A DNA stretch of 64,000 nucleotides from Zygnema circumcarinatum SAG 698-1b (Eukaryota; Plantae; Zygnematophyceae), in NCBI GenBank assembly GCA_037447605.1, contig CM074818.1:1748617-1812616 (forward strand). Reading direction: 5' to 3'. Position numbers and translations under genes: made by a program. Position 1 is the first letter of the stretch, and each line of letters begins with the position of its first letter. The notes beneath the pieces are model-generated. The model did not search any database. It had not been told where the DNA came from and saw nothing but the letters and a program-made list of their open reading frames with translations. Below are positions 36,966 to 56,267 of this stretch, piece by piece.

Positions 36966-37736
36966 AGAGAAAGAGAAAGAGAGAAAGAGAGCGAGAGAGA
37001 GGGAAGAGAGGGAGAGAGAGAGAGTGAAACAAGGTTACGGCGGTTAAGGGTTCAGGGCTGACTCTATGTTTCTCCAAAACCCTAAACCCTAAACCCTAGA
37101 CCCTACCCATGTCACGTCACAGCGGAAGCGCGCCTCCCCCATTCCGAGCTCCGCGAGCGCTTTCTCCGAAGCTTCCCGGAAACTTTCTGCCGCGACGTGA
37201 CGCTGCCGGCTGACGTCAACCGCTAGGCTCGCCATCTGTGCTGCCACGTCAGCAAGGCGTGACGTCACCTCCTCCAACCGGGCCTCCACGTCGACTGGTG
37301 TGGGAGGGAGAGAGATAGAAACAAGAGGGAGGGAGGGGGAAAATAGGTACTATTTAGGGGAAAAAAAACAAAAATAAATAAATAGTAAAAAAAAAAAATA
37401 GGGACAGTGAGACTGATTAGGGTTTGCTAGGGCCTAAAAAATGTGTGTTGGGGTTTTCTAGGGCTGACTATAGGGAACCGGTCAGCTTAGAAAAAAAAAA
37501 GGGGTGGAGTTGGGGGGGGGGGATTTTTTGTTCCTTTTGGTTCTAAGTGTATGAGCATAGGTAAATGTTTGAGGGGTAGAAAAGTATTTTTTTTTTTTGA
37601 TTTTTTTTGAAATTTTCTGACCAGCATTGACAAGGCGCGAGGATGCCTCCTCCGCCATTTGGAGCAAACTGTCCGCTGAGGGGGCTCCGTACTGCGCTCT
37701 CACCTTCTCTATCTGCGGGAGAGGGAGGGGGAGAGG

Positions 37737-37770
<34 letters not shown>

Positions 37771-39082
37771 AAGAACGTAGAGAATGAGAGAAAGGACAAG
37801 AGCGGGAGTGCGGAGAGCGAACAAGAAAGGAGGAGAACGAAGAGAGAGTACGAGTGAGAGGGGGAGAAAGATACTGAGAGAGAGAGGGGAGAGAGAGGGA
37901 GGTGCAAAGAGAGAGAGAGAGAGAGAGGTAGAGGTGAAGAGAGCACCTTCCTCAACCGCTGCCTGATATCAAGCATTCGCTGCTCCGAAAAGCGGAGCTC
38001 TCCCGCAAAAGCCTCCACTAGGGCCTCCTGCTCTCCCTCCCTCCCTCCCTCCCTCCCTCCCTCTCACTCTCTCTCTCACTCTCCTTCTCATTTCATGACT
38101 ACCTCCCATCCCACACATGTGATATCATCCCTGATTTGCAGATCCACATAAGAGCAAGATTCAGAAAATTCATGATTTTGTTTGCAAGAAACATACGACT
38201 TTAGCTTAGAATCAGTCCTTCACATTTAGGTTCTCCGATTCATTCGATTTAATCCTCCGATTAAATGTCTAAATCAATAATAATAATACCACACCTACCC
38301 TCCCTCCCTCCCTCTCTCACCATTCAAAGCTCCCCTGCAACACTCACCGCCTGTCCGAGCAGCCCATCTGCCTCCGCCACTAAGGAGAGGGCGTCTCTCA
38401 CACATCACTCGCTCTCCCGCAGGAGAGGCCTCTCCCTCCCTCTCCCTCTCCCCCTCCCGTTCCCTCTCCCTCCCACTCCCACTTCCCGCCTGCGAGCCCC
38501 TCTACCTCCTCCTCCAGGGCGGCCATCTCCCTCTGTACGGCCTGCAGGGCCCCCCTGAGGCCGCCCTCCCCCCCTCCCTCCTGCAGAAGACGGTGCACTC
38601 TCCCACACCTCTGGGCGGCACGCTGGGCGGCCTCCTGCGGGAGAAAGGGAGGGAGAGAGAGAGAGAGAGAGAAAAAGAGAGAGTGAGGGGGGAGGGGGAG
38701 GGGGAGGGGGAGGNNNNNNNNNNATAAATAGTAAAAAAAAAAAATAGGGACAGTGAGACTGATTAGGGTTTGCTAGGGCCTAAAAAATGTGTGTTGGGGT
38801 TTTCTAGGGCTGACTATAGGGAACCGGTCAGCTTAGAAAAAAAAAAGGGGTGGAGTTGGGGGGGGGGGATTTTTTGTTCCTTTTGGTTCTAAGTGTATGA
38901 GCATAGGTAAATGTTTGAGGGGTAGAAAAGTATTTTTTTTTTTTGATTTTTTTTGAAATTTTCTGACCAGCATTGACAAGGCGCGAGGATGCCTCCTCCG
39001 CCATTTGGAGCAAACTGTCCGCTGAGGGGGCTCCGTACTGCGCTCTCACCTTCTCTATCTGCGGGAGAGGGAGGGGGAGAGG

Positions 39083-39116
<34 letters not shown>

Positions 39117-40635
39117 AAGAACGTAGAGAATGAGAGAAAGGACAAGAGCGGGAGTGCGGAGAGCGAACAAGAAAGGAGGAGAACGAAGAGAGAGTACGAG
39201 TGAGAGGGGGAGAAAGATACTGAGAGAGAGAGGGGAGAGAGAGGGAGGTGCAAAGAGAGAGAGAGAGAGAGAGGTAGAGGTGAAGAGAGCACCTTCCTCA
39301 ACCGCTGCCTGATATCAAGCATTCGCTGCTCCGAAAAGCGGAGCTCTCCCGCAAAAGCCTCCACTAGGGCCTCCTGCTCTCCCTCCCTCCCTCCCTCCCT
39401 CCCTCCCTCTCACTCTCTCTCTCACTCTCCTTCTCATTTCATGACTACCTCCCATCCCACACATGTGATATCATCCCTGATTTGCAGATCCACATAAGAG
39501 CAAGATTCAGAAAATTCATGATTTTGTTTGCAAGAAACATACGACTTTAGCTTAGAATCAGTCCTTCACATTTAGGTTCTCCGATTCATTCGATTTAATC
39601 CTCCGATTAAATGTCTAAATCAATAATAATAATACCACACCTACCCTCCCTCCCTCCCTCTCTCACCATTCAAAGCTCCCCTGCAACACTCACCGCCTGT
39701 CCGAGCAGCCCATCTGCCTCCGCCACTAAGGAGAGGGCGTCTCTCACATCACTCGCTCTCCCGCAGGAGAGGCCTCTCCCTCCCTCTCCCTCTCCCCCTC
39801 CCGTTCCCTCTCCCTCCCACTCCCACTTCCCGCCTGCGAGCCCCTCTACCTCCTCCTCCAGGGCGGCCATCTCCCTCTGTACGGCCTGCAGGGCCCCCCT
39901 GAGGCCGCCCTCCCCCCCTCCCTCCTGCAGAAGACGGTGCACTCTCCCACACCTCTGGGCGGCACGCTGGGCGGCCTCCTGCGGGAGAAAGGGAGGGAGA
40001 GAGAGAGAGAGAGAGAAAAAGAGAGAGTGAGGGGGAGGGGGAGGGGAGAGGGGGAGGGGGAGGGGGAGGGGGAGGGGGAGGGGGAGGGGGAGGGGGAGGG
40101 GAGGGGGAGGGGGAGGGGAGGGGGAGGGGGAGGGGGAGGGGAGGGGGAGGGGGAGGGGAGGGAGGGGAGGGGGAGGGGAGGGGGAGGGGAGGGGGAGGGG
40201 AGGGGAGGGGAGGGGAGGGGGAGGGGGAGGGGGAGGGGAGGGGAGGGAGAGGGAGAGAGGGAGAGGGAGGGGAGGGAGGAGGGAGGGGAGGGGAGGGGAG
40301 GGGAGGGGAGGGGAGGGGAGGGGAGGGGAGGGGAGGGGAGGGAGGAGGGAGGGGAGGGGGAGGGGGAGGGGGAGGGGGAGGGGAGGGGAGGGGGAGGGGA
40401 GGGAGAGGGAGAGGGAGAGAGGAGAGGAGGGAGAGGGAGAGAGGGAGAGGGAGAGGGAGAGGGAGAGGGAGAGGGAGAGAGAGAGGGAGAGGGAGAGAGA
40501 GAGAGAGGAAGGGAGAGAGTGGGTCGGGAAGATTGAGTGGGAGGTTTTAGGGGACGGCCGAAAGAGGGCATGGAAAATGAGGGAGAGGAAGGGGGAGAGA
40601 CGAGGAAGAGAGGCGGACAGTGGGGGACGACAGGA

Positions 40636-40678
<43 letters not shown>

Positions 40679-43600
40679 GTTAAGCAAAACATAAGCATAA
40701 GGTTTAACCGGGAAGGTCGACATGTGAAAATGTATTTTTCCTTGGCAGCTGCAGAAGCAATGATCGCTTAAAGACAAAATGTTGCCACGTGGCAGGCTCT
40801 GATAGGCCCTCACCTGCATGCGCGCCTCCGCCTTGAGCTCTCCCACCTCCCCCTCCCGCAGGTTTAGACTGCTGACGTCATCCACCTGCCGCCCCCATGG
40901 CGAGTTCAGGGCAAAACGTTTATTTCTTCAGACTGAGGGCTGTAGCCTAAGGCCTAGGGCCTAGAGCCTAGATCCTAGGGCCTATAACCTAAGGCCTAGA
41001 GCCTAGACCCTAGGGCCTAGAACCTAGACGCATAGAAAAGGCTAAAGCCTAGGGTCTAGACATTAGGGCTACATCCTCGGGCCTAGAGCCTAGCGTCTAG
41101 GGCCTAGTTGTAGGGTCTATGCCTAGGATCTAGCGCGTGTGCACCTACCAGGTCCTGCCACGTGTCCTCCTCCGCCGGCCCTCTCCGGCCGAGCGCCTCC
41201 CCCTCCCGCCAGAGCGCCTCCGCCGTCTCTGCCAGCTCAGCAAACCGGGTGGCCTGCTGCCACGTGGCAGCGTGCTGGTCGAGCAGAGCGAGCTGCGTTG
41301 AAGGCAGCCGCAGCGCTGCCTGCGGTCAAAGTCAACGCGGAGTACCGATTCTGAGTCAACGAGTCATCATCTGCGAGTATCGGTTTCGAAAAACTTGCAC
41401 ATTACTTTCATTACTTTTCTTAGGGTTTTGGGGCGATTAGTTTTTTTTTTTTGTTTGTATTTCGTTTCTTTCTTAGCAATGCACAGGCGTATCTGCGGAG
41501 CAAAACCCTAAACCCTAAACTTCAGACCCTCAACCCTAAGTTTGAGGTTTGACCAACGTTTCAACGTATCTATAAAGCCTGGCCTTGACAAGAATGAGCC
41601 AGAAAGTGGGGGCAGACAGGTAGAGAGAAAGAGAGAGGGGGGAGAGAGAGAGAGAGAGGAGGAGAGAGAGGGAGAGAGAGAAAGGGAAGAGGGGAGAGAG
41701 AGTGGGAGGGGAAAGAGAGAGGGACAGAGAGCGGGAGCGAGAGGGAGAGAGAGATTGAGAGAGAGAACGAGCGGGAGAGGGAGAGAGAGGGGGACAGAGA
41801 GAGCGGGAGCGAGAAAGGGAGGGGGGAGAAAGATGGAGAGACAGGAAGGGAGGAGGAGAGAGAGAGAGAGAGCGGGAGAGTGAGTGAGAGAGGTAGAGCG
41901 AGAGAGAGAGAGCGAGAGAGAGAGCAGTTGCGCCCCATTGCCCCTCACATGCGCATTTTGACCGTTGACATCTGCGAGCATTGCTCCCACGCATCGCAGA
42001 ATTTTTCGCGGAATCGATACTCCGTTGATGCGGCACACGCTGCTGCGGCCCTTGGCAGCGCGGGGGCGGGAATCTGGAAAGGTTAAAGGATTAGGGTTTT
42101 GGAAAGATAGTGTTTTGGAAAATTAAGGTTTTGAACAATAGGGTTTTTGAAGAATTAGGGTTTACAAAATTAGGGTTTTGAAAAATTAGGGTTTTCAAAA
42201 ATTAGTTTGAAAATTAGGGTTTCACCTGGCGGTGCAGAATCCCCCCCTCCATTCGCAGAGGGAGTGAAAATTTCTCTCTCGAGCACTACCTCGCGAAATT
42301 TCCCTCCCTCCTCTCCCTCCCCAAAGAGAGGTTCCATGGCCGTTACGGCCAACGGAACGGCCGCCGTTAGCAGTTCCGTCACGTCACGGAGGAGGGTGGG
42401 GCCCACCAGGAAGGTGCCCTTCAGGAGTGCTGACGTGGCAGGCTGCCTCACCGAGTCTTCCGCCATGGGGGCCCCCAAAATCTGTCACACATAAACCCTA
42501 AAAATTTGTCAAAATTTGTCAAAATTAGGTCAAGAAATGTAGGGGTCCTCTCTCTAGGAAGAAAGCAGAAATGTTGATGTTGCCATTCATGCCATAAGTG
42601 AGCTGAATTTTTTTTTAGGGTTTGAGGGAAGGATGGCTTTTTTAGAATGGCTTCTTAGCTTTCCAATGCTTTTAGGGTTTTAGGGTTTTTAGGGTTTTTA
42701 AGTTTTAGGGTTTGGGTTTTTAGGCTTCAGAGGTGAAACAAAGGGGGTGAGGTCAAACAACACCTCATAGTGAAGCTTTTTTTTTAAAACGAATGAAGAA
42801 GTCAAATTAGGGTTTCGCTTCCTGCCTGATTGATGCCGCTGAGAATGATCGACTTTCCTGCTCCGCTCTCTCCTGTGAGAATATTGAGCCCCGGCCCGAA
42901 CTGTACGGTCAAGTTCGGTATGAGCACAAAGTCTCTGCAGGCCGCCACACAGCACTCAAAAGTGACAAAAAAAGTGCGCTTAGAAGCTCATGTTGATGGA
43001 ACCGACAGTCCGTAAAAATGATGAACAGAAACATGGGAAAATGTTGAACAGAAACATGGGAAAATGTTGAAGATGGGAAAATGTTGAACAGAAACATGGG
43101 AAAATGTTGAACAGAAACATGGGAAAATGTTGAAGATGGGAAAATGTTGAACAGAAACATGGGAAAATGTTGAACATGGGAAAATGTTGAACAGAAACAT
43201 GGGAGATCATCAGTGAAGCTGAAACAGATGCAATGAAGTGAAGTGAAGTTTTCTAAAGAAGATGCTCAAAGCAGACAGGCTTGGAAGACTGCGCTCGCAT
43301 GGTCTCTTGGAATTCCTTGAATTTTGGGGAATTCATTTATTCTTTTTATTTAGTACCAATGCAAGTGAGAGGAAGTCTGTGACATATTGCAAAACTTGCT
43401 GAAAAGAAGTGCATGTGAGCTGGAAACAAGCATGTTCGCGGGGGAAAAAGCTTCAAATCTTTCATGAGAAGAGGTATCTGAATACAAAGGAAATTCAGAC
43501 AATAAAGGAATTACCCTAACAGTATGAACCATGCGGGGACCTGCTTTTTGAAAGAATGACATCTGAAAAAAAAAGGAAATTACTTCTTTAAACCCCTTAG

Positions 43601-44702
43601 TTAAAGCTAAAGCAACCATAAAACGTTTCAAACGATGACATATGTTCATACTAAAAACCCTAAAAACCCTATGTCATCGTTCAACTCACCTTATATGAAG
43701 CTCTTTCAAGTAAGCCGAGCCTGAGAACAGCCTCTCCTCCCCGCCCTCCTCCTCCCACTCCTCTCTCTCCTCTCTCTCTCCTCTCTCCTCTCTCGCTTCC
43801 CTCTCCCCATCTCTCTCACTTGGCATTCCTTCATTCACAACACTCTCCCCACTAATCCCTTCATTTATATTTAGCTCAATTTCTTCCTCCTCCTTCGACT
43901 CCATGGAACCACCAGACCAGCACCAGTCTCCAATGCATCCATTTTCTACTTCTTCGTCTATTTCTTCTTTTTTCTTTCGAATTTCTAATGATGGTTCCTG
44001 ACCCTGACTCAAATTTGAGATATTAAAATTTCCAGAAGCTCCAGTCGCATCGGTTTGAGTGTGAATGCTAACCCTAGTTTCACTTTGCATAGCTCTAAAG
44101 CCGCCATTTTTTGCCTTATTCAACCCAAATGCAGGTCTAAGTGATGAAATGGAAAGCCAAAAATCCAGCGGCTGCCTGAGAGAAAAAAACTGGTCTCTGC
44201 AGGAGATGTTCCAATGCAGAGGAATAAGAGATCCAGCTCCATCCTTCCTTTTGTGGAGGCATAAATTTTTAAATAAGGGAAACAGAGGGCATAGAGTCTT
44301 CTTCGCAATATGTATGTACATTTTGCAATTTGCAATGTGTACGAATGTTAGATGTGAGTCTGTTTCAGAGAAAAGCTTTGCAGAAGGAGCGAAGCGTCTG
44401 TGCGAAGGGAGGGAGAGAGAAGGTGCGGCTACGAAGGTGGAGGGAGGAGGGAGGAGTGCGGGAGACATGGCAGAGAGAGTCGCAGGGCTGAAAGGAAGGG
44501 TGGGATTAGGCGAGTAGGAGTGGGAGAGGGAGGGGGAGAGGGAGAGGGACGGGGAGAGGGGGAGGGAGAGGGAGGGGGAGAGGGAGAGGAAGGGGGAGGG
44601 GGAGGGGGAGGGGAGGGCATGGGAGCTAAGGAGAGGGCGGAGGAGGTCTGCCTTGGAGACTCTTCTGGGCAGCAGGAGTGGGAGAGAGCGGAGTGGTAGC
44701 AT
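34498..44702 (-). CDS. recN: Bacterial-type DNA repair protein RecN (SMC-like) with a long N-terminal extension; exons 44702-43690, 42934-42826, 42481-42226, 42073-41949, 41319-41149, 40885-40814, 39978-39694, 39373-39293, 39058-38968, 37294-37107, 36778-36443, [gap], 35667-35641, 35121-35023, 34614-34498
   Basis: LKELHIRDFVLI, Walker A GLNILTGESGAGKS, SVCRING...DVNGQNAH, LLDQHA, ELGMGEARF, TGLDK, QVLCVTHLPQVA, RVDEIASMLG. The ABC-signature/Walker B exons are not visible and would map to gap 36262-36271. Confidence 0.9.
34750..35015. repeat. Telomere-like tract with an internal ~135-bp direct repeat in the last RecN intron
   Basis: gattagggtttc-gaggtccagggttcgaacctt...gcgggccctaga-atgcattttcacattt-gaggtgcagattttcgcttta occurs twice. 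Confidence 0.75.
37379..40060. repeat. ~1.35-kb direct duplication (37379-38713 vs 38724-~40060) flanking N gap 38714-38723; probable unmerged contig overlap
   Basis: Identical ORF pairs at +1346/+1344 offsets. The left copy has an extra 2 nt (ctctcacacatc vs ctctcacatc) that frameshifts the RecN exon. Confidence 0.85.
39985..40510. repeat. ~520-bp polypurine tract (GGGGA/GGGGGA/GA)n in a RecN intron
   Basis: Essentially only G and A; G4/triplex-prone. Confidence 0.9.
40950..41130. repeat. CCTAG(G/A)-rich variant repeat tract in a RecN intron
   Basis: Repeated gcctaggg, gcctagag and ctagaccctagg units. Confidence 0.7.
43017..43203. repeat. Minisatellite of 23-bp AACAGAAACATGGGAAAATGTTG and 17-bp AAGATGGGAAAATGTTG units (63-bp higher-order period) in RecN intron 1
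   Basis: Read directly. The 21-aa periodic ORFs 42909-43160 and 42988-43200 reflect the 63-nt period. Confidence 0.9.
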
Positions 44703-45029
44703 CGTCCATTCCGGGAGAGGGTTAGCGAGAGAGAGGGAGAGAGAGAGAGAGGAACAACTCTTTTGGGGTGTTTAGGGGAAGGTAGAAAGAAAAGGAAATG
44801 GTTATGTGAAGAGGGGAATGAGGGAAAGCGCTGGATAGACAGAGCGAAAGAGAGAGAAAGAGAGGCAGGGTGGGAGGGAGGGAGGGAGAGTCTCGAGAGA
44901 CCGCGTCCGGGTTACGAGTTCGTGGGCCGAAGGTTAAGGGTTTGGGAAGGCTTGCAGGTGCCAAGTGAGAGGGAGAGGACGAGGGAGAGGGAGGGAAGGG
45001 AGTGGAGAGGGTGAGTGGCTTGTTTAATT

Positions 45030-45580
45030 TCTCTCTCTCGACAAACGCTCTCCTCGCCCTGCGTCTGCTCTCTCCTGTTTCACTAAAATCATAACCATTT
45101 CTGCGACGATAACTTTTTTTTTTCTTTTAACTTCGCAGAAATGCAGCAAAATTAGGGTTTCTGAAGACACTTCAGCGAAAGGCGAGAGAGGCGAAGGAGG
45201 GAAATCAGCTTCAGAGCACACTCCTTCAAGATCAGCAAAAGCGTCGAATCGGAGGACAGTTTGAGGAGGACGATGCAGGATGTGAAAAACAGGTGAGGGA
45301 GGGACATTGGCAGGAGGAAGATAGGGCCCATGGCCTATAGAATGGAGTCCACATGAGAGATTTGGAGAGCTGGGAGGCGATGGATGATTCAGAGAATGAG
45401 AGCGGCGAAGACGTGGAGGTGGATGGGAGCTTTCTTGAAGGAGGAGGGCAGGTGAGTCAGTTTTTTCTTGGTTCTGAATGTTGAAGTTTGTGGCTGTGGC
45501 TTGGGCGTGATTCTTGAAATACAATTATTATTATCTTACTGCTATTGTTTAAGTTAGCCTTTTAGTTCTGAACTCTGTTT
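45030..45580 (+). pseudogene. Degenerate inverted copy of RtcA exon 1 plus the start of intron 1
   Basis: Encodes LESWEAMDDSENESGEDVEVDGSFLEGGGQ|gtgagt, matching RtcA exon 1 at 55857-55950. Upstream DKRSPRPASALSCFT aligns with SKRSHLSASARSCIT. Internal TGA stops and frameshifts; no downstream RtcA exons follow. Confidence 0.85.
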
Positions 45581-45927
45581 TTCAGTGTCGGCCGCATGGA
45601 GTCCAACGCATCGGGGGTTGATAGGAGCATGCGAGCGAGTGTGGAAATGGAAGTTTTTTAGGGTTTCAGAATGAGGAGAATCAGAGAATTGAAGGTGAAT
45701 CTGGTGCAGCGTCTTGTGAAATTTCTGTGGAAGACTTTCGAGGGCTCTATGTGCTCTAATTTTTTGCAGTAGAACGGTTTCTGCGTGCAGTTCAAGTCGA
45801 AATCTGTGCAGGTCTGCTGAGTAGAGCAAGCATGATCATTCGATCGATGATATGGCAACGCCACACGAGCGGTGCGTGCTTTCTTTATGAGATGTGAAGA
45901 GAGTTCAGTTTGCTTTGAATTCGGAAG

Positions 45928-45982
<55 letters not shown>

Positions 45983-48337
45983 ATACTGAACTCTGCAATG
46001 TTGAAATCCTCAACCTTGGAATTTCCAACCCTAAAGCTAAAGCTGAACTAAATCGATCACTGTAGCTATACCCCTCGAACTCTAAAACACTAACGCTCCT
46101 AAAGGCCATACACTTTGAAACCGGAACATCTAAACCCTACAGCCAGCGCTCCCGTCTTCCTTCTCTCCCATTCCTCTCCCTCCCTCTTTTCCCTCCCCCC
46201 CTACCTTCACCTCCCTCCTACTTTCTACGAGATAATACAAGCGAGAGTCTGCAACAAATGGCTACAGATGGCATGCAAGCCATCATCAGCCTCTCCCTCC
46301 CTCCCTGCTTTCCCTCTCTCTCTCTCATTCTTGCCATCCTCTCCTTCTCTCTTATGCCGTCCATCCCATCCTCCCCTCTTTCCTGCCTCGGGAAGGTAAA
46401 ATGATATTGATCGCTAGTACTTTCGTTTTAGAGATTGAGATAAGTTGATTGATGTTACTATTAGTTTGAATGTTTAATGTTGTGAATGCACATGTTCTGT
46501 GAGAGAGTGAGAAGAGAGGAGCGTGTCTAAATGTGCAATACCTTCTTAAATAGTTATTTTTTTCGTCTGCTTCTCTTTTCTCTCCTACTCGCTCCCTCTC
46601 TCTCTCACTCCATCTCTTCTGACCCTCACCCTCTCCCACTCCCCTCCTCCCTCCGTCTATTCCCTTCTCCTCCTCCCTCTCAGTGACCGGGCAAACTGTA
46701 GGAGAAGACAGGGCGGCTAAAGGGCTCTCTACGGAATGGTGGCTCTTGTGGTGGTTCTCTTCTTTTGCTGAAGTTAAATACTCAAATAAATTCAAATGTA
46801 ATCTATTGAAGTAATCTATCTGTTGAAAATTTCGAGAGCTTGAGCTCCGTTTACTGCGCTCGTCGCGAATAGTTCATGCATTCATGGTCGACCTGAGCGC
46901 ATGCAGTGTGCGAAATATTGTGATGAATGAAGAGAGATTTTCTCTTTACAAGGGCCCTTGTCGCCCTCCAACGACCCTTTAGGGCTCGCCTTGTTGTAGC
47001 CTTTAGGGTTTGTTAGGAGGCTCTTATGAATTATATTCAATATCAATGTCCCCTCCTCCCTTTCTCTCCCGTCTTTCTCTCTCTCTCCTCTATCTTTCTT
47101 TGTCTCTCCCTTCTCTTTCTCCCCTATCTCTCTCCTCACCTTCTCTCTCGCCCATCCCTCTTTCCCTCTCTCCTTTCTCTCTCTCTCCCGTCATTGTCTC
47201 CTGTCTCGCTCTCCCCTCTCTCTCCCTTTCTCTCCTCTCTTTCTCTCTCTCATCTCTCTCCTGTCTTCCTCTCATGTCTTTCTCCCCTCTCTCTCTCCTC
47301 TCTTTCTCTCTCGTCCCTCCCTCTTTCTCTCTCCCGTCTCTCTCTACTCTCTCTCCCCTCTTTCTCTCCTCTCTTTCTCTCTCTCCCCTCCCTCCCTCTT
47401 TCACTCTCTCCCGTTTTCCTCTTCTCTCTTTCTCTCTCGCTCTCGCCTATCTCACTCTCTCCCCCAATAACACATGGGGGGTGTTGGTTAACTGTGCACA
47501 ATAACAAGTTTGAAGTGAACTTAACTATCCACCAATAACTAACCAACCAGCCAACTGACTAACTAACTATTTAACTGACTAACTAACTATCTAACTAACT
47601 AACACGCCTTTTTGTAGTCTGGAGCTCACATGTGAATTTCTGCTTCGTCGCCCACAAAGTAACCGGCCGCCGGCCACAGTCGACCTTGCCGGCGCCGGCA
47701 CATTCCGCCGGTAGCAGCCGATACGCCGGCGATATGGCGATATGCTTGGAGACTGTTCCAAACGACAAATTGGCGTTTGTCAAGTCGGCCAGCCCTTGCC
47801 GAAAGGCCCTCTGGGTGGTGCCCGTACGGGTCGTCGGTACTGTAGCTCCTGATTGGTTGTCATGTCTGTACGGTTGTATTGCTGTGCTGTTAGAGTTTTC
47901 TCCGCTGTGCCGCTCACTTGGTCTTTTGTTGCAGAAGGCGCACACCCGCACTTGTCGATGTTACGACGCAAACAATGGGGTCGTATGTCAACGCGATTTT
48001 AAACTGAGAGCGGGTTGGAGAGATTTTGGAGTCACATGTAGCGCGACACGTGTTGGGAAATTAGTTTTTTGCTCTATTGACGGTTATCTGGTTGCGAGGA
48101 TTCTGACCAACCAAAAACTGAGTTTGCCATCCTGGATCTTTCGGTTTCTTGGTCGGTAAAACCCCACTTGCCGGTTGCGCTCTTCACTGCTGCATGGTTG
48201 AATGGTTGAATGGTTTTGTTCAATCGACCGAGAAATTTAGGTTTAGTGAAGCTTACCTGAACCCTAACCCTAACCTGAACCCTAATCGGTAGAGCATAAG
48301 GTGAATATGGGATGCATATTGGGAAGAAAAAAATCGA

Positions 48338-56267
<7,930 letters not shown>

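Noticed and set aside
37379-38713. Real duplication of three RecN coiled-coil exons
   Set aside because: It abuts a 10-N gap, is near-identical including introns, and the extra copy has a 2-nt slip. Best explained as an unmerged contig overlap.
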